From assembly GCA_054600435.1 (NCBI GenBank), contig BAAIJX010000044.1, positions 62,001 to 126,000 of the forward strand: a stretch of DNA of 64,000 nucleotides, read 5' to 3'. How positions within the stretch are numbered: the stretch's first letter is position 1; each line of letters opens with the position of its first letter. This document shows, piece after piece, positions 25,907 to 37,666 of the stretch. Source of the stretch: Neophaeotheca triangularis (lineage: Eukaryota). Below the pieces are notes generated by a model. That model saw only the letters and a program-made list of their open reading frames with translations, ran no database searches and had not been told where the DNA came from. The translations under genes were made by a program, and so were the position numbers.

Positions 25907-28831
25907 ATGGAAGCCGCAGGCACCGCAGTTGGTATCGCGTCACTTGGGATCCAAGTATGCCAAGGCCTACTGTCCTACTACGAGGCCTGGAAGGGCTACG
26001 ATTCCGATATCAGCAGCACCTACAACGCCATCACCGACTTGAGCAAGACGCTCACCTTACTCAAGGCCACGTTGGAGCAGAATATGAGCGACGAAAGAGC
26101 TGGGCGGATAAGTACATGCGTGCGGGATTGCGAGGATGCCCTTCTTGAGCTCGAGAAGAAACGGGCAAGCCTGCAGAAGTATGCCCGGCCCGAAGGGTTA
26201 CGCCAGAAGATGCGGTCGGGAGTGCAAAGATCCTGGTATCCATTCAGGAAAGAAACCCTTGAGACGCTGAAAGTAAGCGTCACCGAAGTTCAAGGGCGTC
26301 TCATGCTGGCACTCCAAGTGCTACAGCTTGACATAGGCACAGAATCGCAGAGATTAGTGGACAGGATACTCAACCAGACAGCGACGCAGAGTGATTCCAT
26401 AGCGCACATAGCAGCCCAGAACCAGCGCCTTCTGGACGCCCAGCGATCCGACGAATTCAGGAAGATTATCGCTTGGCTCGCGCCGCCTGATCCTGGGACG
26501 AACCACGCTACTGCCCGTCAGCACCACCAAAGCCAGACGGGCGACTGGTTGTTGAAGTCGACTCAGTACCAAAGCTGGAAGACAGGTTCGGTCAGCCATT
26601 TGTGGATGAATGGCAAAGCTGGCTGTGGCAAGACCATCCTCTGCTTCACAGCGATCGAGGACATCCATATTGCTTGTGATCAAGATCCAGACACTTCCCA
26701 CGCTTTCTTCTATTTCACCTTCTCGGAAAAACGCAAACAGTCCGATGGCGATTTACTTCGTTCGCTTGTTGCTCAACTTGGATGGAGAGAACCAGGTCTA
26801 TCGATGCTTCGCCAGGCGTATCGAAACTCTTCGCAGAGCGTGCCGGGCCCGGATGAGCTGGAGAAGATTCTGTTAGAAACTATCAGGTCGTGCAGCAGGG
26901 TCTACCTCCTCGTAGACGCACTCGACGAATGCCCCGAGGAGCACGAAGCTCGTCAACGAGTTCTAGACCGCATTGAGAGGCTAACCCATGATGCCCCGAA
27001 CTTAAAGGTCTTCGCCACCAGCCGTGAGCTCCCTACCATTCGTGAATCTTTAGAGGCGCTGGGATCCGAGCCACTACGTATCCCGACCTCCTCCGTGGAT
27101 GCCGACATTCGAAAATACCTGGCCAGCCAGCTTTCGAGCGATCGCAGCTTCCTTCGGTTTAGCCCAGTAACGCTCAACTGGATTAAGTCGACCATTTCAA
27201 CGAAGGCGGATGGAATGTAGGGACCCCCAAAGCACTCGCCCACTGATCCATGAGACTGACATTAATCTTCATGTAGGTTCCGTTGGGCATACTGTCAGCT
27301 CCAGGTACTGAGGAAGCTGAAGTCGACCTCTCCAAAGTACGTGAAGAAAGCCCTGGATGGCCTTCCTGCGACGCTTGATGAAACGTACAAGCGAGTCTTG
27401 CTCGACATTGAGGAGATGTACCGTGATCACGCGCTTACGCTTCTTCAATGGCTGGCCTATGCGCACTCACCTCCAACCCTTGGCGAGCTTGTCGAGGCTG
27501 CTGTCACCGACCCGATCCACGAGAGCAGTATAGACACGGACAATCGTGGCGACCTCGAAGATACCTTGAACATCCTCACTGGATTGGTTACAGTCGTTGA
27601 GAGCAAAGAGACCGATGTAGACAGCGACAGTGACAGTGATTCGGAGATCGAGCCTTCCACTCCCGGTGCCTCTTCCATAATTCTTGAACAAGCTGATGTG
27701 GCATCCCACAGTCCAGATCTGACCCCAGATACCAGAGTGAGGCTCGCCCATTTCTCGGTGAAAGAATATCTGGAATCCAAGCGTATACTCGAGAGCGACG
27801 CGCGTCACTTCCACCTCGAAAGTGGAACGGGGCACAGGACTCTTGCTCAGAGCTGCTTGACATACTTGCGATACTACAGCGAGAGCACCGAGAAGACCTC
27901 GACTGACGAGGATCTCGACAAATTCCCTCTTTTGAAGTATGGGGCTGAGTCGTGGTTTTATCACTCGGCGTTGCAACAAAGCGTGCAGGTGGACCGCGAA
28001 GTATTGTTTTTGCAGCTCGAAGAAGCGAGAAGAGACTGGCTTCTCATTTATGACCCAGACGCGTATCCTTCGGGGTCGTTTAATGTACCGGATAGAATGG
28101 AATCGGGCTCGGCAGTGTATTACGCGAGTGTCCTGGGGCTTCTCGCGGTGGTCAGCGATCTCCTAGGAAGTGGCGCCAACGTCAATGCTCAGGGCGGGAC
28201 CTACGGCAACGCCCTTCAGGCTGCCTCCGCGCGAGGCTATACGGAGGTAGTGCAGCTGCTTATCGATAACGGCGCCGACGTCAATGCTCGGGGCGGATCA
28301 TACTCTAATAACGCCCTTGAGGCTGCCTCAGTAGAAGGCTACACGGAGGTAGTGCAGCTGCTTATCGATAAGGGTGCCGACGTTAATGCTCAGGACGGGT
28401 ACTACGGCAACGCCCTTCAGGCTGCCTCAGTAGGAGGCTACACGGAGGTAGTGCAGCTGCTAATCGACAAGGGCGCCGACGTAAATGCCCAGGGCGGGGA
28501 GTACGGCAACGCCCTTCAGGCTGCCTCAGTAGGAGGCTACACGGAGGTAGTGCAGCTGCTTATCGATGAGGGCGCCGACGTTAATGCTCGGGGCGGGTAC
28601 TACGGCACTGTCCTCCAGGCTGCCTTAGCGAACGGCTACGCAGGAATAGTGCAGCTACTAATCGACAAGGGCGCGAACGTAAATGCCCAGGGCGGGCTCT
28701 TCGGCAACACCCCCGAAGCTACCTTAGCGTGGGGCCGGACGGAGATGGCGCAGCGGCTGCGGTCGTTTCGTGCACGGGAAGAGTCGACAGCTGTGGAGAG
28801 CGAGACCGGCAAGGCCACTGAAGCCATGTGA
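25907..28831 (+). CDS. Fungal NLR-like STAND protein: HeLo-like/SesA-like N-terminus + NACHT + ankyrin repeats, 2 exons (25907-27216, 27277-28831)
   Basis: MEAAGTAVGIASLGIQVCQGL N-terminus; Walker A GKAGCGKT, Walker B VYLLVDALDEC; intron 27217-27276 restores ADGM|FRWAYCQL; LPATLDETYKR, RLAHFSVKEYL; six GA(D/N)VNAxGG ankyrin units. Confidence 0.93.
28172..28768 (+). repeat. Six near-identical 99-bp ankyrin-coding tandem repeats
   Basis: Units start at 28172, 28271, 28373, 28472, 28571 and 28670 (spacings 99, 102, 99, 99, 99). Confidence 0.92.
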
Positions 28832-29944
28832 ATTCCACAGTCACCGAGCAGATCTACCTGGCGCGTAAAGAGAGATCGCATCACATCACGCGCCCATGGA
28901 GGATTGTCGATAGTCGGGGGCATACTGATCGCATGAAGCTCAAGATGGAAGTCTTGGCCTTTGTGTATCTTGACCAAGGTTTTCTCGCAAGGCAAGGAAC
29001 CGCGCTCCGACTCTTCTCCGCGGCTTTGGCTGGCACGGCGCTGGAGTCCGTGGCTGGCGTTTGGGTCTCGATGGATCTCCTGGAGCAGTGGAGATTGAGA
29101 CACTCGATGAGAGGATGAGACGTGCAGGCAGCAGGAGGCCGTGGACCATATCGGTGTTGACGGTGTCGCGTGATCGGAGCTGTCCTGGTTGATACGATCA
29201 TCTGTGATAGGGACGGTGATGAAGCTTGGGGCAGCGTGTTCGGTGCCAGTTGCGGGAGCTGAAAGCTGGACAAGATCGTATGCCGTACTCTTGGACATGG
29301 AGCTCGCCCCCTCGACAGGGGTGTTGGAGCTGGGGGTGCTGGTAGCCGCTCGTCCAACATGGTAAGAGTCTGCGCTGCTCGCGTTGATAACGTGGCTCAT
29401 TTTTCGGTCCAAGCGGGTAGGCGTCAGGCTTGGGAGTCGGTTCATTGGGTGGAGCTTTACGGGTCGGTAGTGTTGCATGTTGGCTCGATGGGAGAAGTCG
29501 GCGGGAGGATATATGTCATGCCTTTGTGGGTAGTGGAGAGGCCGGTGGAAGGGGGTCTGGTGTGAACTTTGCTCGGTGGCATATCTGGCTGTGGTTTACC
29601 GATGTTGGTGCTTCTAAGGAGACGAGATGGGTGGTGAGCCGTACAGTATGGTGTCGTTGAGTGTAAGGAGATGGAGTGTTTTTCTGCTCGAGTTTGGCAA
29701 TGATTTGCTTGAGGTGGAAGGGAAGAGAAAAAAAGAGGAAGTTTGGGAGGTGAGTTGAGGTGAGGTGAGGCAAAAAGTAGAGACTCAGGCATTATGTAGA
29801 TGGAAGTCCTTCTTGGCATCGGGATATAGCCCCATTTTGACCCGAATAGGAAGGTCGGGGAAGCTTGACGACATTCCGTGCCATGCGATGACCATTGAAG
29901 TTCACTTTCACCCAACAGGCAACGGTCAATCAAATTTTTAATTA

Positions 29945-31708
29945 ATGAACCCATTCCGGCCATCACTGCTCACCAGCGTCTCGAGATCATTCAGACCCGC
30001 CATCAATTCAACAGGCAGCATTCGCAGCTTCACCATGTCTCCCCCAACCTCCACCAGTAAGAACGCGGCCATGCAACGAGCAGACGACTTCATCGACTTC
30101 CTCAATGCCTCTCCTACACGTGAGTATCACCACCCTCCTCCTCAACTGAAGACCCCAACGCTGACCTTGCTACTACTACTGCTCCCAGCCTTCCACGCCG
30201 TCCGCTCCTCCTACCAACGCCTAGAAGCAGCCGGCTTCACTCGTATCCATGAATCGGCCTCATGGGCTTCGACCCTCAAACCCGGCGGCAAATACTACCT
30301 CACCCGCAACGCATCGACCATCATCGCCTTCACCGTCGGCCAGCAATGGAAACCCGGCAACCCAATCGCCATGGTCGGCGCCCACACCGACTCGCCCTGC
30401 CTGCGCATCAAACCCGTCAGTAAGCGGACCTCGGACGGCTTCCTGCAAGTCGGGGTGGAAACATATGGCGGAGGCTGGTGGGCGACGTGGTTTGACCGAG
30501 ACTTGTCCGTAGCGGGAAGGGTCATGGTGCAAAAGAAGGGCCAAGACAAAGTCGAGCAGAAACTGGTCCGCATCAACAAGCCGATCTGCCGCATCCCGAA
30601 CCTCGCCGTTCATTTCGGCGGTAGTGTGCCATTCGAATTCAACAAGGAAACCCAACTCCAACCCATCGCGGGCATGGTAGCGGCAGAACTTAACCGAACG
30701 GGTGAAGCCCCAGACACAGCCAAGACCGACGAAGCCGAAGACACCCCCTTCCAACCCCTCAAACCAACCACAACCCGCCATCACCCCCGCCTGATCCAAC
30801 TCCTCGCAGCCGAAGCCTCCTGCGACCCTTCCGAAATCCTCGATCTCGAATGCGTCCTCTACGACACCCAACCCGCCTGCTTGGGCGGTCTCAACGACGA
30901 ACTCGTCTTCTCCGCCCGCCTTGACAATCTAGGAATGACCTATTGCGCCGTTGAAGGACTCATCGCCTCGACTCAAACCACCACTAACCCCTCATCCCTC
31001 CAAACTGATCCCACAATTCGCCTAATCGCCTGCTTCGACCACGAAGAAATTGGCTCAACCTCTGCACAGGGCGCAGCCTCCAACATCCTCCCGCAGATCC
31101 TCTCCCGCCTCACAACCCTCCCAATTGCCCCCTCAACCCCTTCCTCGGAAACCACAACCTCCTCCTCCTCCCCTCCACCTCACCCTACACCCGCAGACAC
31201 CCACGCCCAATCCCTCTCTCGCTCCCTCCTCCTCAGCGCCGACATGGCCCACAGCATCAACCCAAACTACACGGCCAAGCACGAATCCCAGCACCAACCG
31301 CTCCTAAACGCCGGCCCTGTACTAAAAATAAACGCAAACGTCCGCTACGCCACAAACTCCCCCGGCATAACCCTTCTACACCGCGCAGCCGCAGCCGCAA
31401 AGCCGCCCACGATAACACCACCGGGTTCCCCCGCCGCCGCCGCCGCTAAAGCCGGCAAGGGTGTCCCTCTCCAACTCTTCGTCGTCAGGAATGATTCGCC
31501 CTGCGGTTCCACTATTGGACCCATGTTGAGTGCTTCTCTGGGTGTCAGGACTGTGGACTTGGGGAATCCGCAGTTGAGTATGCATTCTATCAGGGAGGTT
31601 GGGGGAGCCTGGGATGTGGAACTTGGTGTTAATCTTTTTGAGAGCTTTTTTGTGGGGTATGGGGAGTGGGAGGGGGTTGTGGGGGTTGTGGGCGAGGAGG
31701 CTGAGTGA
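29945..31708 (+). CDS. APE4: Aspartyl aminopeptidase (M18 family), intron 30120-30188
   Basis: Removing the 69-nt intron (GTGAGT...GCTGAC...CAG) gives FLNASPTPFHAV; GAHTDSP, VETYGGG, WFDRDL, SARLDN, FDHEEIGS, SADMAH, CGSTIGP and QLSMHSIRE motifs. Confidence 0.95.
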   Translation: MNPFRPSLLTSVSRSFRPAINSTGSIRSFTMSPPTSTSKNAAMQRADDFIDFLNASPTREYHHPPPQLKTPTLTLLLLLLPAFHAVRSSYQRLEAAGFTRIHESASWASTLKPGGKYYLTRNASTIIAFTVGQQWKPGNPIAMVGAHTDSPCLRIKPVSKRTSDGFLQVGVETYGGGWWATWFDRDLSVAGRVMVQKKGQDKVEQKLVRINKPICRIPNLAVHFGGSVPFEFNKETQLQPIAGMVAAELNRTGEAPDTAKTDEAEDTPFQPLKPTTTRHHPRLIQLLAAEASCDPSEILDLECVLYDTQPACLGGLNDELVFSARLDNLGMTYCAVEGLIASTQTTTNPSSLQTDPTIRLIACFDHEEIGSTSAQGAASNILPQILSRLTTLPIAPSTPSSETTTSSSSPPPHPTPADTHAQSLSRSLLLSADMAHSINPNYTAKHESQHQPLLNAGPVLKINANVRYATNSPGITLLHRAAAAAKPPTITPPGSPAAAAAKAGKGVPLQLFVVRNDSPCGSTIGPMLSASLGVRTVDLGNPQLSMHSIREVGGAWDVELGVNLFESFFVGYGEWEGVVGVVGEEAE

Positions 31709-32863
31709 CTGTATGGTCGGGGGAAGCTGTAGTTGAAGGATTGTGTGCTGTTTGATGAGGGGGAAAGGGGGGCAGGAAGTGATGGTGGCTTTGCATGTTG
31801 AGCGAGGTGTTGGGTTGGAGCACGGGACGACGGCGCGGACGAGGCGAGGCAGAGGCTCACGGTCTTGCAAGACGGAGCTGTCGCCCTTCCAAAGCTTCCC
31901 AACCAACAGCGAACGCGGCAATGCATTGAAAAGTCTCTTCCACCGCATAGATATCGCTGACATGTAACAAGTAGTGAGGTCTACAACTCCCAATTAGCAT
32001 CTCCAGCATGCACATCTCCTAGCATCTTTCGACTCCCTCTCTCCCCTCCGAATCATCCATACCTCTCACTCACGTTCCCGTCAAAAAACCACCAACACTC
32101 CCCGCAATCGAGTGCGACCACTTGTGCGTTCGAAAGATGGCCCAAATTACGTCCAGCCGACAAACCCAGCCCCCCTGCCCACACCGCATCCGCCGCCGAA
32201 GTCAAGATCTCCACAACTCTTTTCCCGTTCTTCATGTCACACCAGGGCCTCGGTCGTGTCCCCGGCGTTCTTACTTCCAGGCTCAGACGTTATCAGGTGA
32301 TCCTCCCTGACGGCGAGTATACGCAGAGATAAGCAGTGAGTAGTTCGAAAGACTTGTCCCGCGCAAGACAGAACGAGCTTTACCGCGCGGCATTGTGCTT
32401 GAGGACTACCGAGCTTCGACGGCCTGAATGCCAACGGTATGCACCGGGACTCTCGCGCAAATCACTAGCATTTTGCCGAGAGCGAAAGACGAACATCCAA
32501 CAGGGACAGCGGGCATCGAGCTGCTAGGGCATAGCCAGTGCTGTCCTCTCTAGCTTTCCTCACTTTTGTTGGGTTTCTGGCTCCTTGAACGTCGTGGGGG
32601 AGGTTCTGCTCTCATGATGAGGTTTCACCACTTACCAGAGTGGGTCTGGGAAGTTTCAATTCGAATCAATTGACCGTCGTGAGGTTTGCGGCAAATGGAT
32701 GAGCTAGCGCTCGGATTCACCGTCCTCGGTCGTCTCCAGTCGGCTGGCAGACAACATGATGTCAGTCGACATAGCAGGAACAACGCAGCTTCGACAACGC
32801 AGGAGTGTTCCCTCTCTTCACGATTTCACTCCTATGCAACAAGCCCGGACGCCTCCAATGCCA

Positions 32864-33702
32864 CTAAAACGACCATGCCCTCGACTCCGGCGTCCTCGGA
32901 TCACCCTGTACTGTCGTCGTCGTCGAGCCTTCGAGCTCATGGTAAGTGCCAACATCTCCTTCCAACTCCGCCCTTATCACCCTATCTTGTAGAGGAGTGT
33001 CTTCGACCCGGCTCTCGGCACTAAGCTCATACTTCGCATCCTCAACGTCAGCACTAAGCTCGTACTTCGCGCCCTCGTTATCCTTCTCCACCGGAGGAGT
33101 AAATCTCGGAAGTCTCGCATACCGCAAAGGCCTGGGCCGAGGACTGGGTTTCCAGCTCTTCGTCCGCGCCCGGAGTTTTTGAAGCATCACCGATCCAGCG
33201 CAAGTAGCAAGTCCAAGAAATACGAAGATGGTATTGCAGGCGATGATCTCGCAGCGCGCCGGGAGCATGTGCTCGTTGTAAGCACACTCTTTCTCAGCAG
33301 TGCTCTTGCAGCCGCCATTGATAAGCTCGTCCTCCGGCGGATCGTTGCATCCAAGATCGCCCAGTTGGACTATGATCGCCTGTCATGGAAAGTCAATACG
33401 GGGCCGCGGATATGGGAAAAGATTGACTGCGAGACACTCACCGTTCCGCTCGCAGCGAGCAACAATGCCCCCATGGCGTCAACGCAAGACATGACAGCTT
33501 CGGGGATGATGTGTTTCCACATGACAGCCATTCCCAGCAATGCTGCGAAAACGCAAAAGCCGCCCGCGAAAGTGCAGAGCGATGTTATGGCGGGTACATT
33601 CTTCTCCCTTTGCCAACTAATCGCTATGCCTGAGAAGCCGAGGATTGTGAGGCCGAAGAGGAGTTGGAAGCCTCTGAAGATGGCGGATATTCGAGCCAAC
33701 AT
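32864..33702 (-). CDS. MARVEL-domain membrane protein, 2 exons (33702-33442, 33379-32864)
   Basis: Phase-0 intron 33380-33441 (GTGAGT...TTGAC...CAG) joins ORFs 33370-33702 and 32864-33268; FRGFQLLFGLTILGFS first helix, Cys-containing loop (LINGGC..RC) and a fourth TM. Confidence 0.8.
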
Positions 33703-34064
33703 GTTGGTAATAATGATGCTGAGGTTCGACAGGGTGCATTTGTGCTGTGTTGAGCTGGAATCGAGCGACGACAGCTACCTAGACTCTTTGATCTTTTACG
33801 ATCATTTGAAAGCTGAGGCGCAGATGCTGTCTTCATGCTATCATTCGACAGGGGCAGGCTTGTTCGGGGCGCAGTATGCTGCGGGATGACGACCACTTCA
33901 GGACGAACCATAGTTCGTCCTGTCGACCGGTGTAGGCTTAATATACTAAAGCTGCATTGGAAACCAGGGTGCAGTGCCTATACAAGCGGGTTTGCATCAG
34001 CTATTGGATGTTGAAAGCTCGGCCGCATTAGAGCTCTACTACCCTTCATGGAGCACTGCCTCGC

Positions 34065-35146
34065 TTACCTACCTGCAAGGCGCACTTCGTCGAATACCAA
34101 ATGACCAAAGCCTGGGACTACTCTTCGAAGAGGGGTTACTAAGACCATCTGAAGACTTAACCTATGTAGGATCAAGAATTCACTTCTCAAGATGACTCCT
34201 TGGGCTACAATCGCGCCTCTAGACGTTTCTCGGGGATCGTATCTCTCGATGTAGAACCGACTTTTTTCCTGCCTAATGCCCTCGATATACAGTATGCTAG
34301 ATGGGAGGAAGCCGTTTCCAGCTGCTACCAGAACCATATCTTCAGCAGGCGCCTCCTTTTCTCTCTTCTTCCACCTCAATCCTCCAGAAAACCCACTCGC
34401 CGCCACTGTCTCATTCGAGACCAGAATAATGACCATCCAACACTGATACCTCGCTGAGAACGTAGTCCGTAGCCGCATGTTCCTCTTCCGCAGCCTACAC
34501 AGCGGTGCGGAGCCCTCCTTTCCCGTCGACCTCGCAGACTTCCTGGTGCAAACCACGAGGAGGCTTGAAATGACCGCCGGGATCACTCCGTTTCTCCTAC
34601 AAATCGACGGCACCGTACCTCGGGACAAGCTGGCCTCTGGAGCCCTTATGGTCAGCAATCGGCACCCGGCAACCACTGAGTTCCGGCTTTCCAGGCGTAT
34701 CCCTTTTTTGAAGTCAACGCGGTCGAAGGCATTAGTATCAAGAATGACCAAGGCGACAAAAAGGAGGTATGCGATCAAGTAGGCCCAGAGCCCGGTTGAA
34801 GAATACTCGGCAAAAGGTGGTATCGCACGCCTCAGCAAGGCGAGGAGGAGAACGTCGCAGCAGCCGAATAGGGTCGAAACCCACGGTCTTGACGTCTTTG
34901 GCCACCGAAGAGGATCCAAAGCGCCAGATCGATTGCGAAAATCAGAGTGATTGCCGCGGAAGCCGTGTAGCTGCAGTGATCCATTTCGGATTGACTACAG
35001 CCAGCTTCCAAGACTGGCGCATCACCGTCTCGTGCATTTTGCCAGATGCAGCATATGTGCCGCCTTAGATCTCTTTGCAACTCCCGTTCGTGCTGCTTTC
35101 GTCGCCGCTCTCGTTCATGGTTGCAAAGCAGACTAGAAACAAGCAA
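34065..35146 (-). pseudogene. Possible degenerate membrane-protein gene
   Basis: Hydrophobic segments are split over two frames (34832-35146 and 34065-34919); no clean start codon or splice model found. Confidence 0.25.
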
Positions 35147-35335
35147 GTAGAAGGGGCGCTCGAGAAGTCGAACCTATGTCGCAAGCCCAGGACAAGAATG
35201 TCACGACGCCGCATGTTTACAAGCGCTCGTGTTGTCGAGCGTGTGGCGCCTGTGAACGGAACTTCTCGATGGGCCACTCGTTTCGATCGAACGAAGAAGA
35301 TGCCTTAACTTTTTTGGCTTCGAACAGTTGCGCAC

Positions 35336-37666
35336 TTAGTCCTCTTCCACCCGCTCGACTTCGTTCGACTGGTCTTCTTGATCTTGTAACCTCTTCTCCT
35401 CGATCTCATCAATGGCATCCTGCTTTCCCATTTCCAGATAAACCTTCTTTAGTCGCTGTCGCCACGGAATAGGTGTGTAGTCGCATCCCATCGCTCGAAG
35501 CTCGTCAATGATAGCGCGAGTTGAGACGAATCGCTTTTGCTCGAGTATTGTTTCGTAGGTTTTGAGCAACGACCACATACTCTTCCAATATTCACACCAC
35601 TCGCATTGTTCAAACTCCGCCGATCGTTCATCGTCCCCTTTTTCATCACTCTGTAACTTATAGTAACATTGCCTGAACTCCTCTTTGGTCTCGTCCATGG
35701 ACCGTAACGTGTCTTTTAGCGTCGCCACAAGCTGCAAAGACTGTCTGGATGCAACCACCTGCAGGATAACATCTAGAGTATCTAGGGTCTTTGCCTGATA
35801 GTCGTAACTCCCTGGATAATCATCCAACGCCTCACTGACGTGCTCGTGTATTGGTAAATCGGTCTCCTCTCCGTCGTTCAGATCTAGCAGCATCGCCATG
35901 CTGTCCGCATGCATCCACTCCACGAATATTGATTTGTCTTTAGGAAGCAAGATTCGCGCGCCTGCTTCGACTAACAAATGTATGCTGCGCTTGCAGTTCT
36001 CTGAAAAAGCGAGATACAGGGGACTGTAACCTTCATCATCGATTTCGTTCAAAAGACCAGCTGCTTCACTTCTGAGCAGCAGCAGCTTGAGAGTGCGGCT
36101 CGATCCGTGCGCTGCCAAGTGCAACACCGTGTCATTCTCTGGGAGGATCCGGAGAGTGGGATCTGCTCCAAACTTGAGCAAAGTACGCACCAAGTGCTCT
36201 CTATCCCAAGAAACAGCCATGTGCAGAGCTGAGTACCCAGAGTTGTCGCGGTTATTGACGCTTTCCCCATTTCCCACAAGCATCTGGACTACGCGTACAT
36301 CCTTGTCGGTCCAGCTGTTAAGGCCAAATGTGTAAGTCATCAAAGGCGTACAGCCCTCAGAATCTCTTTTGTGGATGTCTGCGCCAGCGGCAATCAGTGA
36401 GGAGATGCATTCACGACATCCCTTTGTCTTCCGACTGGAAGCGGAATGTAGAGGTGTCTCGGCTTCGTCTCTGACCGCGTTGACATCTGCGCCATGATCC
36501 ACAAGAAGTCGTAAGATTTTCGAAGGGCAGAAACGGTGATGATTAAGCAACAAACGATGCAACGCTGTGCCTTTAGGGTAATGGTCGGAATAGGAGTTTG
36601 CGTCGGCGCCTTGATCAAGCAACGATTTGAGACGTGCCCAGTCCCCTGTATAGTTCTCAGCTTCCTTGAGAAGGCAACTGTTCAAGTTTGCTGTATCATG
36701 TGTAGGCAGTTTCTGCGATCGATTGTGGCCTGCAGTCGCCGTTTGCGGGATCGAAACTTGAGAATGTGTCGTCAAACACTCCTGCGCAGGCTCGGAATGT
36801 TCAGCAGAGGTAGTGTTGTCAAATCCAGCAGGTCCGGACGCCTGTGAGAAAAAGGTGCCGCTTGTCGTACCTAGTCCTAGCGACTGAAAAGTTGGATACG
36901 TCGTTTCGATCGGAAATTGACTCCCTTGGTTTGAGTTATTCGAGGTGTCCCAGATATCCGAGTCCCCGTCAGGCCAGGCCAGGCGTTGTGGTCCACCAGC
37001 TGGCCCGGCAAACGCATAGGTCTGCAGAGAGATCCCGGTGTTACGCTGAGGATCAGAAGGTATCGAAGGTCGAGGCTCCGACACTCGCCTCTCGGAGCTC
37101 TCAGCTGTCGGATGTATGTAACCTGAGCTGTACGTCGGGAGCCAGTCTTCTCCTGTAGCGGATGCGGGCCGTGGATTCGGAAGAATAGTCTGTGCAGTTT
37201 CGACGCCATTCGCAGTGGCCCCATGGCTGGCGACATGTTGACTACTATTGAAATGGCCATGGTGCGTCTCTCGGTCCGGCCCCGAAGACGGCTCGATGGA
37301 CAGCTCGACGGATGTCTCGACGACTTTTGGCAAAGGCTGACGACCAGTGACTCCAGAGCTAGGCCCCGAGCTGAACCCATCTACCTGCCTCTCAGCTCGC
37401 AATCCCTTACAAGCCCTCATATGCTCACCCAAAGCATCCTTCCGCTTAGCCTTCCCACAACCAGGACAATCGGCGAGATTGCTCTTCTCATGAAACTGAG
37501 CCTCATGCCTTCTAAGAATGTCGAATCGAGAAAACGTATCCGAGCAGTGTTTGCATCGGTGCTTTTGGTAGCTTGGGTTGTGCTTTTGATCTCGATGGCG
37601 CTTTAGAGACTTGAGCACGCTAAATGTGAGGGAGCAGGATGAGCAGCCGTGTCTTGTCGGGGCCAT
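35336..37666 (-). CDS. C2H2 zinc-finger plus ankyrin-repeat protein
   Basis: 776-aa intronless ORF; CSSC..F...SLKRHRDQKH, CKHC..FSRFDILRRHEAQFH, CPGC...HMRAC; about six ankyrin units (GADVNA..ETPLH, GYSALHMAV, DTVLHLAA, GYSPLYLA). Confidence 0.85.
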   Translation of the reverse strand: MAPTRHGCSSCSLTFSVLKSLKRHRDQKHNPSYQKHRCKHCSDTFSRFDILRRHEAQFHEKSNLADCPGCGKAKRKDALGEHMRACKGLRAERQVDGFSSGPSSGVTGRQPLPKVVETSVELSIEPSSGPDRETHHGHFNSSQHVASHGATANGVETAQTILPNPRPASATGEDWLPTYSSGYIHPTAESSERRVSEPRPSIPSDPQRNTGISLQTYAFAGPAGGPQRLAWPDGDSDIWDTSNNSNQGSQFPIETTYPTFQSLGLGTTSGTFFSQASGPAGFDNTTSAEHSEPAQECLTTHSQVSIPQTATAGHNRSQKLPTHDTANLNSCLLKEAENYTGDWARLKSLLDQGADANSYSDHYPKGTALHRLLLNHHRFCPSKILRLLVDHGADVNAVRDEAETPLHSASSRKTKGCRECISSLIAAGADIHKRDSEGCTPLMTYTFGLNSWTDKDVRVVQMLVGNGESVNNRDNSGYSALHMAVSWDREHLVRTLLKFGADPTLRILPENDTVLHLAAHGSSRTLKLLLLRSEAAGLLNEIDDEGYSPLYLAFSENCKRSIHLLVEAGARILLPKDKSIFVEWMHADSMAMLLDLNDGEETDLPIHEHVSEALDDYPGSYDYQAKTLDTLDVILQVVASRQSLQLVATLKDTLRSMDETKEEFRQCYYKLQSDEKGDDERSAEFEQCEWCEYWKSMWSLLKTYETILEQKRFVSTRAIIDELRAMGCDYTPIPWRQRLKKVYLEMGKQDAIDEIEEKRLQDQEDQSNEVERVEED

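Noticed and set aside
20700..29450. Starship element
   Set aside because: No DUF3435 tyrosine-recombinase captain or terminal repeats are visible in the window
28636..29478. 280-aa antisense ORF overlapping the NLR 3' end
   Set aside because: No recognisable domain; protein-like stretches switch between frames, so at most a decayed remnant
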